The notes: a model not told the origin generated them from the letters alone. 33,326 nucleotides of DNA from a virus (IMGVR_UViG_2541047900_000007); one strand, 5' to 3'. Shown: positions 17,751-25,609, numbered from the stretch's first letter. Numbers and translations: made by a program.

Positions 17751-19345
17751 CAGAATCCCTCCAGCATACGGGCCGCCTGACGACGACGGCGTGAGCTTGC
17801 CTTCACCGGCCCTTTGTTAATTTCACGGCTGGCGAAATACGCCAGCGCCAGTGCGATGGCTGAATCCCCGTGGCGTTTACCACCGTCAGCCTTTGCTTTT
17901 GAGCGTTGCTCCGGTACGCGGGGGACACCGTTCACCACCTGAACGGCCCGCAGGTCATCCAGTGTGTCTTCATCCTTTGGTAAGTCCACCAGGTTACCGT
18001 CTTCCAGTGCAGCTTTGACCGGAGGCATATGCTCCCGGTACCAGCCTTCGGTTGGCATCACCTGCTGAACCCGGCCGGAGCCGTAGCGCTGCATGGCGTA
18101 TTCAGCCAGATAGGCACCATTACCACGGGCATCAAACGCTGCACCCAGCAGACCGGGCAGGCCATCCATCAGATACCAGGTGATTTGCTCCTGCTGTCTG
18201 AACGGCACGTTACGCAGCTCCAGTACGAATGGCACGCGTCGTACCAGGTTCTTCTCCTGCAGCAGGGGATAGTCCACCGACAAATCACCGCTACGGCCAA
18301 AGTCGCGCCCCAGGAAAGAGCGGGCATCAGTGGGGAGTGCCTCCAGCAAGGGTTTCAGATACTCATCAAGCCAGTCCTGCGTCTCGCGGAAGCGAACCTC
18401 ATCAGACAGCAGTTCATAACCTTCCTTGCAGGTCAGACGCAATACCGGCGTATCAGCGGACATGCGGGACTCTATCAGGGCACGGGACAGCCAGGCACCG
18501 CCACCGTTGGCCGGAATACAGTCAAGCTCTTCGGATGCGCCGGCACCGTAGAATTTGTACACCGATGCCATCCAGGCCTGCTCGGATGCCTCCGACCATT
18601 CCTTCCCGGTGCGCAGACAGACGCGCCGGAACAGCCCCTCAGATACGGCTTCCCGGAAAGTGATGCGATGTATGCTGCCTCCCTGACGTCCGGCACGGAT
18701 ATCCCCGATAAGCGTATTGAACGGATTGTCGTCACCGTCATGGGTGGAGATAACGCGTACCTTTCCCCCCCAGATAAGCATCGCCAGCGCCGCTTTCAGC
18801 AGTTCGTCCAGTTGCTCATGGAACGCCGCTTCGTCGATAACAATAATACCCTGACGGCCACGCAGGTTAGACGGGCGGCTGGAGAGCGCAACAATACGAA
18901 AGCCGGAGTCAGGAAATTTGATGGTGTAAGTCCTGATGTGTTTGTCGTCGTCGTCCTCTTCCCAGAATCCTTCTTCAATTTCACTGGCCGCATAGTTGAA
19001 TGCCCGTGCCCACATCGCACACGCCTGAATGTATTCGACGGTCATGTCCTGGTTATAAGCGATGTAATACACATTCATCCCGCCTGCTGGCGCAGAAGAG
19101 GCGGCGGTCAGTACGTTATCGGATGCCTCAGCCCATGTAATACCGGTACGACGGCTCTTTTCTATCACCTTAAGCGGAGAGGTGTCTGCCACCCAGCGCT
19201 GCTGGTAAGGCAACAGAACGGGAGGAGCATCCAGCGCCGAGGTATCAGGCAAAACGGGAGCAAGGTTATTCCTCCCGTCCATGGGACTCATCCCTTCGGG
19301 GCCACCGCCAGCGGCGTTTAAAATCACTCCGGATGATTTTGTCAT
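17750..19345 (-). CDS. terminase large subunit (Mu gp28-like)
   Basis: 531-aa ORF between gp27-like and portal genes. Confidence 0.8.
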   Translation of the reverse strand: MTKSSGVILNAAGGGPEGMSPMDGRNNLAPVLPDTSALDAPPVLLPYQQRWVADTSPLKVIEKSRRTGITWAEASDNVLTAASSAPAGGMNVYYIAYNQDMTVEYIQACAMWARAFNYAASEIEEGFWEEDDDDKHIRTYTIKFPDSGFRIVALSSRPSNLRGRQGIIVIDEAAFHEQLDELLKAALAMLIWGGKVRVISTHDGDDNPFNTLIGDIRAGRQGGSIHRITFREAVSEGLFRRVCLRTGKEWSEASEQAWMASVYKFYGAGASEELDCIPANGGGAWLSRALIESRMSADTPVLRLTCKEGYELLSDEVRFRETQDWLDEYLKPLLEALPTDARSFLGRDFGRSGDLSVDYPLLQEKNLVRRVPFVLELRNVPFRQQEQITWYLMDGLPGLLGAAFDARGNGAYLAEYAMQRYGSGRVQQVMPTEGWYREHMPPVKAALEDGNLVDLPKDEDTLDDLRAVQVVNGVPRVPEQRSKAKADGGKRHGDSAIALALAYFASREINKGPVKASSRRRRQAARMLEGF

Positions 19346-19887
19346 GTGGCAATCCCCAGAATCTCGCGACGAAGCGCCTGTACTGCGTCGCTTGACAGTC
19401 CCCCCTTACGGGCAATTTTCTCGGCGTTGCTGGCTGCCTGCTGCGCTCTGGCCCGTACTTCAGACTGGAACTTTTTGAGGTTGACGGACGCGCGGGACAG
19501 CGTAGCCACATTCTTCGCCACCTTCGACAGCAGGGCCACGCGTTCTTTAGGATCGACTTCGCCTTCTTCCGCCTCCTGCAACTGGACAATACTCTCGAAC
19601 AGCTCGGTCTGAATAAGGGCTATCACAGCCTCCGAACGCGCATCCTGATCGTCTGCTGCGCCTTCGGTCAGCATGCGGGCCGCTTCTGTTGCCGCACGGA
19701 TAGCACCATAGCGGCGCTCAATCTTCTGTCCATAGCGATGGATAGCGGATTTGCTGATGACGTACCCCCGCTCACGCAGCAGGGACTCCAGCTCGTTATA
19801 CCCGCTGAAGCCGGATTCAGTCAGCGCCCGTTCAAGCCAGCGGCGCACATCTTCCGGCAGCTTTTCTATTGTGCTGCGTCTGGCCAT
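19342..19887 (-). CDS. Mu gp27-like protein (putative terminase small subunit)
   Basis: 181-aa ORF, N-terminus MARRSTIEKLPEDVRRWLERAL...SKSAIHRYG; 4-nt overlap with terminase large subunit. Confidence 0.6.
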   Translation of the reverse strand: MARRSTIEKLPEDVRRWLERALTESGFSGYNELESLLRERGYVISKSAIHRYGQKIERRYGAIRAATEAARMLTEGAADDQDARSEAVIALIQTELFESIVQLQEAEEGEVDPKERVALLSKVAKNVATLSRASVNLKKFQSEVRARAQQAASNAEKIARKGGLSSDAVQALRREILGIAT

Positions 19888-20198
19888 TATTCACTCCAGT
19901 ACTTTTCCGGGCGGGCAATACCCGGACCACATTCCACGGTGTATTCCACCAGGTCTACGCCGAGGCGGGTCAGGTCAGCAAACCAGTCGCCAGAAGGTTT
20001 TTTCTCCAGATCAACCATTTTACGGTCAGCCAGATAATCCAGTTCGCGGCGCAGTTCCAGCGGTGTGGTGTCCGGGTAGATGGCACGGGACACATCCAGC
20101 AGCAGCGTCTCGCTGGCGGTGTAAGGGCGGGTCTTGTTCAGGGCAACCAGCAGACTCCAGCGCAGGGATTCGCGGCGTACCCGGGTAATATCGACCAT
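19887..20198 (-). CDS. hypothetical protein (Mu gp26 position)
   Basis: 103-aa ORF between lysis cassette and packaging genes. Confidence 0.45.
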   Translation of the reverse strand: MVDITRVRRESLRWSLLVALNKTRPYTASETLLLDVSRAIYPDTTPLELRRELDYLADRKMVDLEKKPSGDWFADLTRLGVDLVEYTVECGPGIARPEKYWSE

Positions 20199-20524
20199 TA
20201 TTGACCTCCGGTATTGCGGTACTGCTGTACCACTTCCAGTTTGTTATAAAGCGCGTCCAGTTTGGCCTCAATGACTGTCTGGCCACGGATATAATCCTCT
20301 CGACGGACATAATTCAGCGGTAAATCCGCTTTAAATCGCATAAATTCTTTTTCCAGCTCGCCCCAGTTGGAGGCGGATTGTTGCAGGGCCTGTTCAAGGG
20401 AGGCGAATCGTGCCGCCTGGCGTTCTTCTGTTTTACTGAACAACCATTTGGCGAGCCCTCCCACAAACCCCATGAAGGTGAGCAGAAAACTCACCACCGT
20501 CCAGAATTCAACCTGCAGTGTCAT
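20198..20524 (-). CDS. small membrane protein of the lysis cassette (possible lysis regulator)
   Basis: 108-aa ORF with one N-terminal hydrophobic helix, ATGA overlap with the spanin gene. Confidence 0.45.
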   Translation of the reverse strand: MTLQVEFWTVVSFLLTFMGFVGGLAKWLFSKTEERQAARFASLEQALQQSASNWGELEKEFMRFKADLPLNYVRREDYIRGQTVIEAKLDALYNKLEVVQQYRNTGGQ

Positions 20525-21176
20525 TTCTGTAATCCTTCCCGTTCATCCAGTAACGCGTTTATCTGGTTCCGCCAGCGACGACATTGTCCTGCGTTGTCGA
20601 TGATGTTGGCGAGAACGTCACGCTGGGAGACACCCGAATCGCGTAACCGGGTGTCAGTGGTTTCAGGTTGCCCGGTCGCTGTGCCAGAGCGGGTGCCAGC
20701 GGCGGCAACTGAGTCTGAATGACCGGTGTCGACGGATGCGTTGTCATATCCGAGTGCGGCGTTGTACTGGCGCACGAAACCGCGAGTAAACACGCACTCA
20801 ATGGGATGGCTCTTACCTTTTTCATCAATCCAGCGCTGTGTGACATCGTTAATTTGCCCCTGTAGTTGTTTATTCCGGCTCTCCAGTTGAGCAATCTGCT
20901 CAAGATAACCGGCTTCAGCCCGCTGCCCGGCGGCCACCTGCTCCTGATACCGTCTGGCCCAGGCCCGCAGCGCAGCATTCTCAAGCGTTGCCTGCTCCGT
21001 TTTGTACGCGTCAAATGCTGACTGCAACTGACTGAGCGCGGTATCACCGTCACGCTTTGCAGAGTCATGACCACTTCTGTATCCCATGGCATACAGGCCG
21101 ACCAGAAAGGCATTGATAAGAATGGCCAGCAGAATGCCGCGCCACGGCAGCTTTTTAACCAGATGCCACACAACTG
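20521..21176 (-). CDS. i-spanin (Rz-like inner-membrane spanin)
   Basis: N-terminal transmembrane helix (ILLAILINAFLVGLYAMGY) then coiled-coil periplasmic domain; start set to GTG 21176 preceded by GGGAGG; ORF-track version starts further upstream inside the endolysin gene. Confidence 0.6.
20559..20825 (-). CDS. o-spanin (Rz1-like lipoprotein) embedded in the +1 frame of the i-spanin gene
   Basis: MKKVRAIPLSACLLAVSC signal/lipobox-like N-terminus followed by a Pro-rich 88-aa product, wholly inside the i-spanin ORF. Confidence 0.55.
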   Translation of the reverse strand: MKKVRAIPLSACLLAVSCASTTPHSDMTTHPSTPVIQTQLPPLAPALAQRPGNLKPLTPGYAIRVSPSVTFSPTSSTTQDNVVAGGTR

Positions 21177-21895
21177 CTGCCTCCCCATGTGAGATATCGC
21201 GGTGCCAGTTCGCGCAGGATGCGCTGCGGATAATGGCGGTTCTCCCGCCAGCTGGCCGCATTGCGTCCGGCATTCACCGTGGCGACATGTCCGAACCAGC
21301 GGGTGCTGTCCAGACCTTTCTGTGATGCAAGCCGCCTGTCCCGTTGTACCCAGCCCAGACCACCGTTATAGCCCGACAGTGTCATGGCCATACGCTCGCA
21401 GTCACTGGCGGCGCTGACACGCTGCCACAGCCAGCGGTCATAGCTGACCAGCGCCCGGATAGCCCATGCCGGATTAAACGGCTCACGACTGCTCAGCATC
21501 GGTATCAACTGGCTTATCCAGTCGGCAGTGGCAGGCATGAACTGCGCCAGTCCCTGAGCGCCAGCCGGCGAGATCGCATCAGGTCGCCAGCCGCTTTCCT
21601 GATGCAGTTGCGCGGCGAAATCGGCCACCGGCGCAGACAGTCCCCATTCAAGCCGGGCATTACGGATCACATCATCGCGATACTGCAGCGCAGCCTGCGG
21701 AGGTTGTGCTGCGCATGCCTGGCTAAAAAAGCCGCCACACCAGAGCAACATTGCGACAAAGAATACCCATGCCATATGAACCAGAAAGGTCCCGGCGCGG
21801 ACTGACAGGCGTTCGGTTCTGATGAAGACCCGAAAGGCTTCGAAAGCCAGTTTCAGGGACATGCATACAATCCAGGTGATCTGCGGCCAGTTCAT
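21155..21895 (-). CDS. endolysin, lytic transglycosylase (SLT domain) with N-terminal membrane segment (possible signal-anchor-release type)
   Basis: SLT-like motif ESGWRPDAISPAGAQGLAQFMP; hydrophobic N-terminus; starts 2 nt after the holin-like gene stop. Confidence 0.7.
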   Translation of the reverse strand: MNWPQITWIVCMSLKLAFEAFRVFIRTERLSVRAGTFLVHMAWVFFVAMLLWCGGFFSQACAAQPPQAALQYRDDVIRNARLEWGLSAPVADFAAQLHQESGWRPDAISPAGAQGLAQFMPATADWISQLIPMLSSREPFNPAWAIRALVSYDRWLWQRVSAASDCERMAMTLSGYNGGLGWVQRDRRLASQKGLDSTRWFGHVATVNAGRNAASWRENRHYPQRILRELAPRYLTWGGSSCVASG

Positions 21896-21897
21896 GA

Positions 21898-22248
21898 TTA
21901 AAGCCCCATCGCAACAGCCAGGCAGACCGCTGCAACAATCAGTGCACGGCGGATTAACGCAGCAGAAAACACCAGGTGAAGGCCGGTCTGTACCGGGAAA
22001 CGCCCTTCAGCCATCAGCCTGTCGTCATGTTTCAGGTACTGACCGGGACGGGCTTTGGGGAAGAGCGAACGGTCAAGCCAGTAACCCAGCACTGCTGCCA
22101 GCGTGATGAGTGCCAGCTTGTAGATCACAACAGGCAGCTGCTGTGGTGAGACCAGAGCGATGGCGCCCAGCAACAGCACTGAGGTCAGCAGCCAGCCGCT
22201 GAGGCGAGGTTTTTTAACAGGGGGAATGAATTTTTTCAGGTTTTTCAT
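21898..22248 (-). CDS. holin-like membrane protein
   Basis: Start moved to ATG 22248 (MKNLKKF...) preceded by AGGAGA; three hydrophobic segments; first gene of lysis cassette. Confidence 0.5.
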   Translation of the reverse strand: MKNLKKFIPPVKKPRLSGWLLTSVLLLGAIALVSPQQLPVVIYKLALITLAAVLGYWLDRSLFPKARPGQYLKHDDRLMAEGRFPVQTGLHLVFSAALIRRALIVAAVCLAVAMGL

Positions 22249-22267
22249 GTGTGTCTCCTTATCTGGT

Positions 22268-22327
22268 GGAGACAGCATCACAAATACAGGGCGCGAAGGA
22301 TTTTAAAGCGCGTTAAGAGAGCCGGGG
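22268..22327 (-). promoter_or_regulatory. candidate late promoter upstream of the lysis operon (class A motif)
   Basis: Minus strand reads TTAAAATC-N7-CCTGTATTTGTGA-N3-CTGTCTCC; same architecture and spacing as the site upstream of the I-like gene. Confidence 0.5.
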
Positions 22328-22378
22328 ATACGGGATGTGCAGGATAAACGATGAATTATTCACAGAGGAGAATACGAT

Positions 22379-22855
22379 ATGACGCACACACTGAATCCGG
22401 TCATCACTGTCACTGTGTCCGGTCCTGTGGGCAGCGGTAAAAGTTACGTACTGGCGCGGATAGAAGAGATGGTGAAACAGGAACTCGGAAACAGCGTCAT
22501 TGTCGATGCTGCTGACGTGGAGAATGAGCGCCGTATGAATGGCGAAGATCTGACGACCTGGCAGAAGCCACGGGGTGGCACAGTGATCAGGCTGGAGGAA
22601 TACACGGGACAGGGCCTGTTGTCATACGGCGAGGAGCGTATCTGTCGGACGAATGAGCTGCTGGATGTTATATGCCCCACGGGCCGGCAACCCTGGATAC
22701 TGCCCGATGCACTGCATGCCACCATTGCGGCACTGATGACAGTTTACGATCAGGAGCTGCTCATGAAGGAGTTACGTAAACTCACCGGTCAGCCAACAGA
22801 ATGTTGTTCGTCTCCGAAGTACGGCAAACAGGAAAACGCCCCGGATAATCCTTAA
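22379..22855 (+). CDS. small P-loop NTPase-like protein (Walker A GPVGSGKS), function unknown
   Basis: 158-aa ORF with GAGGAG ribosome-binding site; divergent from the lysis operon and convergent with the repressor-linked cassette. Confidence 0.55.
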   Translation: MTHTLNPVITVTVSGPVGSGKSYVLARIEEMVKQELGNSVIVDAADVENERRMNGEDLTTWQKPRGGTVIRLEEYTGQGLLSYGEERICRTNELLDVICPTGRQPWILPDALHATIAALMTVYDQELLMKELRKLTGQPTECCSSPKYGKQENAPDNP

Positions 22856-22874
22856 GATACCTCCTGAACAGAAA

Positions 22875-22890
22875 CAGCCCTGAAGGGCTG
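22875..22890 (-). terminator. putative intrinsic terminator of the leftward repressor-linked operon
   Basis: GC-rich hairpin CAGCCC-TGAA-GGGCTG three nt downstream of the stop at 22893, followed on the minus strand by TTTCTGTT. Confidence 0.4.
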
Positions 22891-22892
22891 CA

Positions 22893-23480
22893 CTAAAAAA
22901 AGAAGTGTATTATTGCCCAAACAGCTATAACGATGATTCCCAGCCCAAGAGCCGATTCTAACTTATCTTTGGCAGTCATTTTTACTGTTGTAGCGGGCGC
23001 AGGTAAGTCTTGCTGCTGTGGATTTTCTGTTAGTTGTTTACGAGAAGAAACATCGCCCCTGTTAGTTTGCTTCATGTTGATTACAGATGCGTTATGGGCA
23101 TTATCAGCAGCAATTGACTGAAGTTTTACAAAAGTTTTTGAATCTGTTTTAGCCAGAAGTAACCTATTTCCCGTAAACATTGCCTTAAAAGTGATAGTTT
23201 TTTTCGTCTTGTCCGCCGCACCAAGCAAACCTCCAATGACCAACCCTGCACCACCAAAGATTAATCCACCAAGCAAACCTGCGCCTGCCGCCTTACCTAT
23301 ACGGCTTTCCTCTTCACTATCCGCAAGTTCAATCGATAAAAGCTCTTCTTTCAGATTTAATACAATATTTTCAGGAAAGCCTTGTTTTGGTTTTTTGGCA
23401 AACACGATGGTACCGAACCCCATGCTTGCCCACCCTTTAGGAAAACTTCCTGCGATAACCTGAATCCCTGCCATGTTCAT
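22893..23480 (-). CDS. membrane protein with glycine-zipper segment and C-terminal anchor, function unknown
   Basis: GKAAGAGLLGGLIFGGAGLVIGGLLGAA glycine-zipper and C-terminal LGLGIIVIAVWAIIHFFF; ORF-track start is GTG 23483, ATG 23480 or 23474 more likely (AAGGTG upstream). Confidence 0.5.
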   Translation of the reverse strand: MNMAGIQVIAGSFPKGWASMGFGTIVFAKKPKQGFPENIVLNLKEELLSIELADSEEESRIGKAAGAGLLGGLIFGGAGLVIGGLLGAADKTKKTITFKAMFTGNRLLLAKTDSKTFVKLQSIAADNAHNASVINMKQTNRGDVSSRKQLTENPQQQDLPAPATTVKMTAKDKLESALGLGIIVIAVWAIIHFFF

Positions 23481-23564
23481 CACCTTTTACATTAAAATTT
23501 CAGAACGCAGCATGATGCCGCCTTTGTCTTTTTTCTGATCCCATGGTAATTCAGCTGTTATTTT

Positions 23565-24551
23565 CTATTTAAGAATAAAACGGTATTTACTGTCAGGAGT
23601 GCTTTGCTGATCAAGTAGCAGTGAACGACATGGAGCAGTCAAAACCCGAGCATAACTACCATCAGGGCTTATGTTAATGTAACAAACCTTGCCCTTAACA
23701 CTATAATTTTCGGGGACGGATGCCTTTGCTGATACAGTAAATTTAAGGGTATGCCAGCCCGTTTTTTGCTTGTAGCTTGAAACCGAATGGAAATCATCTG
23801 AGTACTTATTTAACCCTGGAAACATGCTGCGCAGTGCGGGGATGGAATCTTCTATTATTTTATCGTTGGTTTTAATGTTAAAAACGCTGGTTTCAGTAGA
23901 AGCTACTGCTTTGGCATTTCCCCATTTACCAGCGAACACAATCATTCCCACGAAAAATATTGCTACAAGAACTAACACTCCCCCCAACACTACTACATGA
24001 GGCTTCCGGCTTCTGGTTGGTACAGTTGCGACTGATTTTGCACCGCTTTCCGATGGAGGTGATAGAGTTTTACTCTCATCACGAATATTCAGCAGATCAT
24101 CAAAATAACCAAACACAGCCTGCAACTGCTCTTTGTCTAGGCCTTTAAGATGGGTTGTACCGAAATGCTTCAGACAGTATCTGTCACGGTCAAGACGATA
24201 CCCAGGGTCAGTAAGCGCCATTATTTTGCTGACCAGAAGATTACAGTCCTTCATATTCTGGATCTGTTGTGCATATCTCTGAAGGATCTCAACCGCACCA
24301 TGATAATCAGCCGCAGTCATTTCATTAACTGTTTTGGTATTAAGTTTCGTGTGGATCGTCATCCATAGCTCGCGCTTACTTTCCCCCAGATCAACCAATT
24401 CATCCATCAATCTGTGTAAATCGCGTTTTTGCAGCAACGAAATTGGTTGCTGGGCCGAAGGAAGTATGTCAGCAGAATAGTTATGAATGGTAACATCACC
24501 GCTGACAACGTTACCCACATCCCCGTTAACTGTTTGCTTCTCTTTACTCAT
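23565..24551 (-). CDS. bitopic membrane protein (cytoplasmic N-domain, one transmembrane helix, C-terminal domain with two Cys), function unknown
   Basis: 328-aa ORF; ATGA overlap with the repressor gene; central helix VVVLGGVLVLVAIFFVGMIVFAG. Confidence 0.55.
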   Translation of the reverse strand: MSKEKQTVNGDVGNVVSGDVTIHNYSADILPSAQQPISLLQKRDLHRLMDELVDLGESKRELWMTIHTKLNTKTVNEMTAADYHGAVEILQRYAQQIQNMKDCNLLVSKIMALTDPGYRLDRDRYCLKHFGTTHLKGLDKEQLQAVFGYFDDLLNIRDESKTLSPPSESGAKSVATVPTRSRKPHVVVLGGVLVLVAIFFVGMIVFAGKWGNAKAVASTETSVFNIKTNDKIIEDSIPALRSMFPGLNKYSDDFHSVSSYKQKTGWHTLKFTVSAKASVPENYSVKGKVCYINISPDGSYARVLTAPCRSLLLDQQSTPDSKYRFILK

Positions 24552-25009
24552 CTTCTCTTGGTATTTTTGTTCATTATTCCACCTGTTCCTATGGTTACGT
24601 TACCTTTGATAACATTCCCCAGAACATCTCCATGAATAACCTGTTCCGCCCGTTCTCTGGAGGAGCCAGTAGTCAAGGCCGACAAAACTGAACCTTTGAC
24701 CTGTAATGGTGCCTGCCGGTAGTGCTGCAGTAACTCCATTTCATCACGTGATAAAGTTATACCTGATGACTCCCCGGTAAGAATGAACTGTACATTGGCC
24801 CCAATTCTTGCAAAGGCTGCAAGTAACTCACCTCCGGGAACAGCAACCCCTCGTTCATATTTCCCCCACATTTCTCTTGAAACGCCACAAAGGGCTGCTA
24901 CTTCAGCCTGCTTGAGTGATAACCGCGAACGCTCAGCTTTGAACCGCGACGCGCAAAGAGAATCAAAATTCACATAAACCTCATTGACAATGAGAACAAT
25001 AGTTCTCAT
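24548..25009 (-). CDS. XRE-family helix-turn-helix repressor (candidate immunity repressor); true start probably internal (GTG near 24973)
   Basis: HTH pattern LKQAEVAALCGVSREMWGKYERG; divergent from Ner-like gene; ORF-track ATG 25009 sits inside the predicted early promoter -10. Confidence 0.65.
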   Translation of the reverse strand: MRTIVLIVNEVYVNFDSLCASRFKAERSRLSLKQAEVAALCGVSREMWGKYERGVAVPGGELLAAFARIGANVQFILTGESSGITLSRDEMELLQHYRQAPLQVKGSVLSALTTGSSRERAEQVIHGDVLGNVIKGNVTIGTGGIMNKNTKRR

Positions 25010-25012
25010 AAT
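24984..25012 (+). promoter_or_regulatory. candidate early promoter TTGACA-N17-CATAAT with palindromic operator ATGAGAAC-aata-GTTCTCAT in the spacer
   Basis: Read directly: -35 at 24984-24989, inverted repeat 24990-25009, -10 at 25007-25012; about 47 nt upstream of the Ner-like ATG with AAGGAG ribosome-binding site. Confidence 0.5.
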
Positions 25013-25059
25013 CTATCACATATAAAACAAACATCATTGCATCAACAAAGGAGACAACA

Positions 25060-25248
25060 ATGACTTCCGAACAAGTTAAAAATCTCTTCCGTCAGCGTGG
25101 TATCACGTTTACCCGCTGGGCCGAAGAACACGGCTACAGCCGCAATGAGGTCTATCGTGTTCTCAATGGACAGACCAAAGCTCGTTACGGCAAAGCCCAT
25201 GAAATTGCCGTAAAACTGGGATTAAAACCCACGTCAAATGCGGCATAA
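25060..25248 (+). CDS. ner: Ner-like DNA-binding protein (Cro analogue)
   Basis: 62-aa ORF, pattern FTRWAEEHGYSRNEVYRVLNG...IAVKLGLKP; first gene of rightward early operon. Confidence 0.6.
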   Translation: MTSEQVKNLFRQRGITFTRWAEEHGYSRNEVYRVLNGQTKARYGKAHEIAVKLGLKPTSNAA

Positions 25249-25300
25249 ATTTTCCACATATGCAACAGGTTATCACATATTGCAAAAATGGAAATGTGAC

Positions 25301-25609
25301 ATGAGTAAAGTAAATATTTCCAGTTCTGGGACCCGCATCCTACGTGTACTCAAAGCTCTACGCGGTCATGCTCTGAACGGTGTTTCTAACGGTGAACTGG
25401 CATCAGCCCTGGGGGAGTCCCCGGCGAATATCAATCGAGCACTTAATACCCTTATTGAAGAGGGACTGGCCATGAAATTAGAGAACGGACGTTTCGCACC
25501 GGGAATCCAGTTACTACAGATCGCCATGGCTCACAGTCACGAGATGGCGCGTGCACAGGATCGTATTAACGAAATCAACCAACGAGTTATTTCAGGTAGT
25601 CGTTTGTAA
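25301..25609 (+). CDS. winged-helix transcriptional regulator-like protein
   Basis: Start set to ATG 25301 (MSKVNISSSGTRILRVLKAL...); HTH-like segment GVSNGELASALGESPANINRALNTLIEEGL. Confidence 0.45.
   Translation: MSKVNISSSGTRILRVLKALRGHALNGVSNGELASALGESPANINRALNTLIEEGLAMKLENGRFAPGIQLLQIAMAHSHEMARAQDRINEINQRVISGSRL

Noticed and set aside
18029-19321. 430-aa plus-strand ORF
   Set aside because: Antisense to the large terminase gene; high-GC coding regions often give long open antisense frames. No ribosome-binding site and no recognisable motif.
24429-24635. 68-aa plus-strand ORF across the repressor and membrane-protein junction
   Set aside because: Antisense to two translationally coupled minus-strand genes.
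24548-25009. Repressor start at ATG 25009 as given in the ORF track
   Set aside because: That codon lies inside the predicted early promoter -10 and operator; an internal start (GTG near 24973) is more plausible, though unproven.
22282-25059. Junction of two separate prophages (a reversed late-region remnant plus a second phage left end)
   Set aside because: No Mu-type terminus or abrupt gene truncation seen; a single phage with divergent arms explains everything. Cannot be excluded without the flanks.
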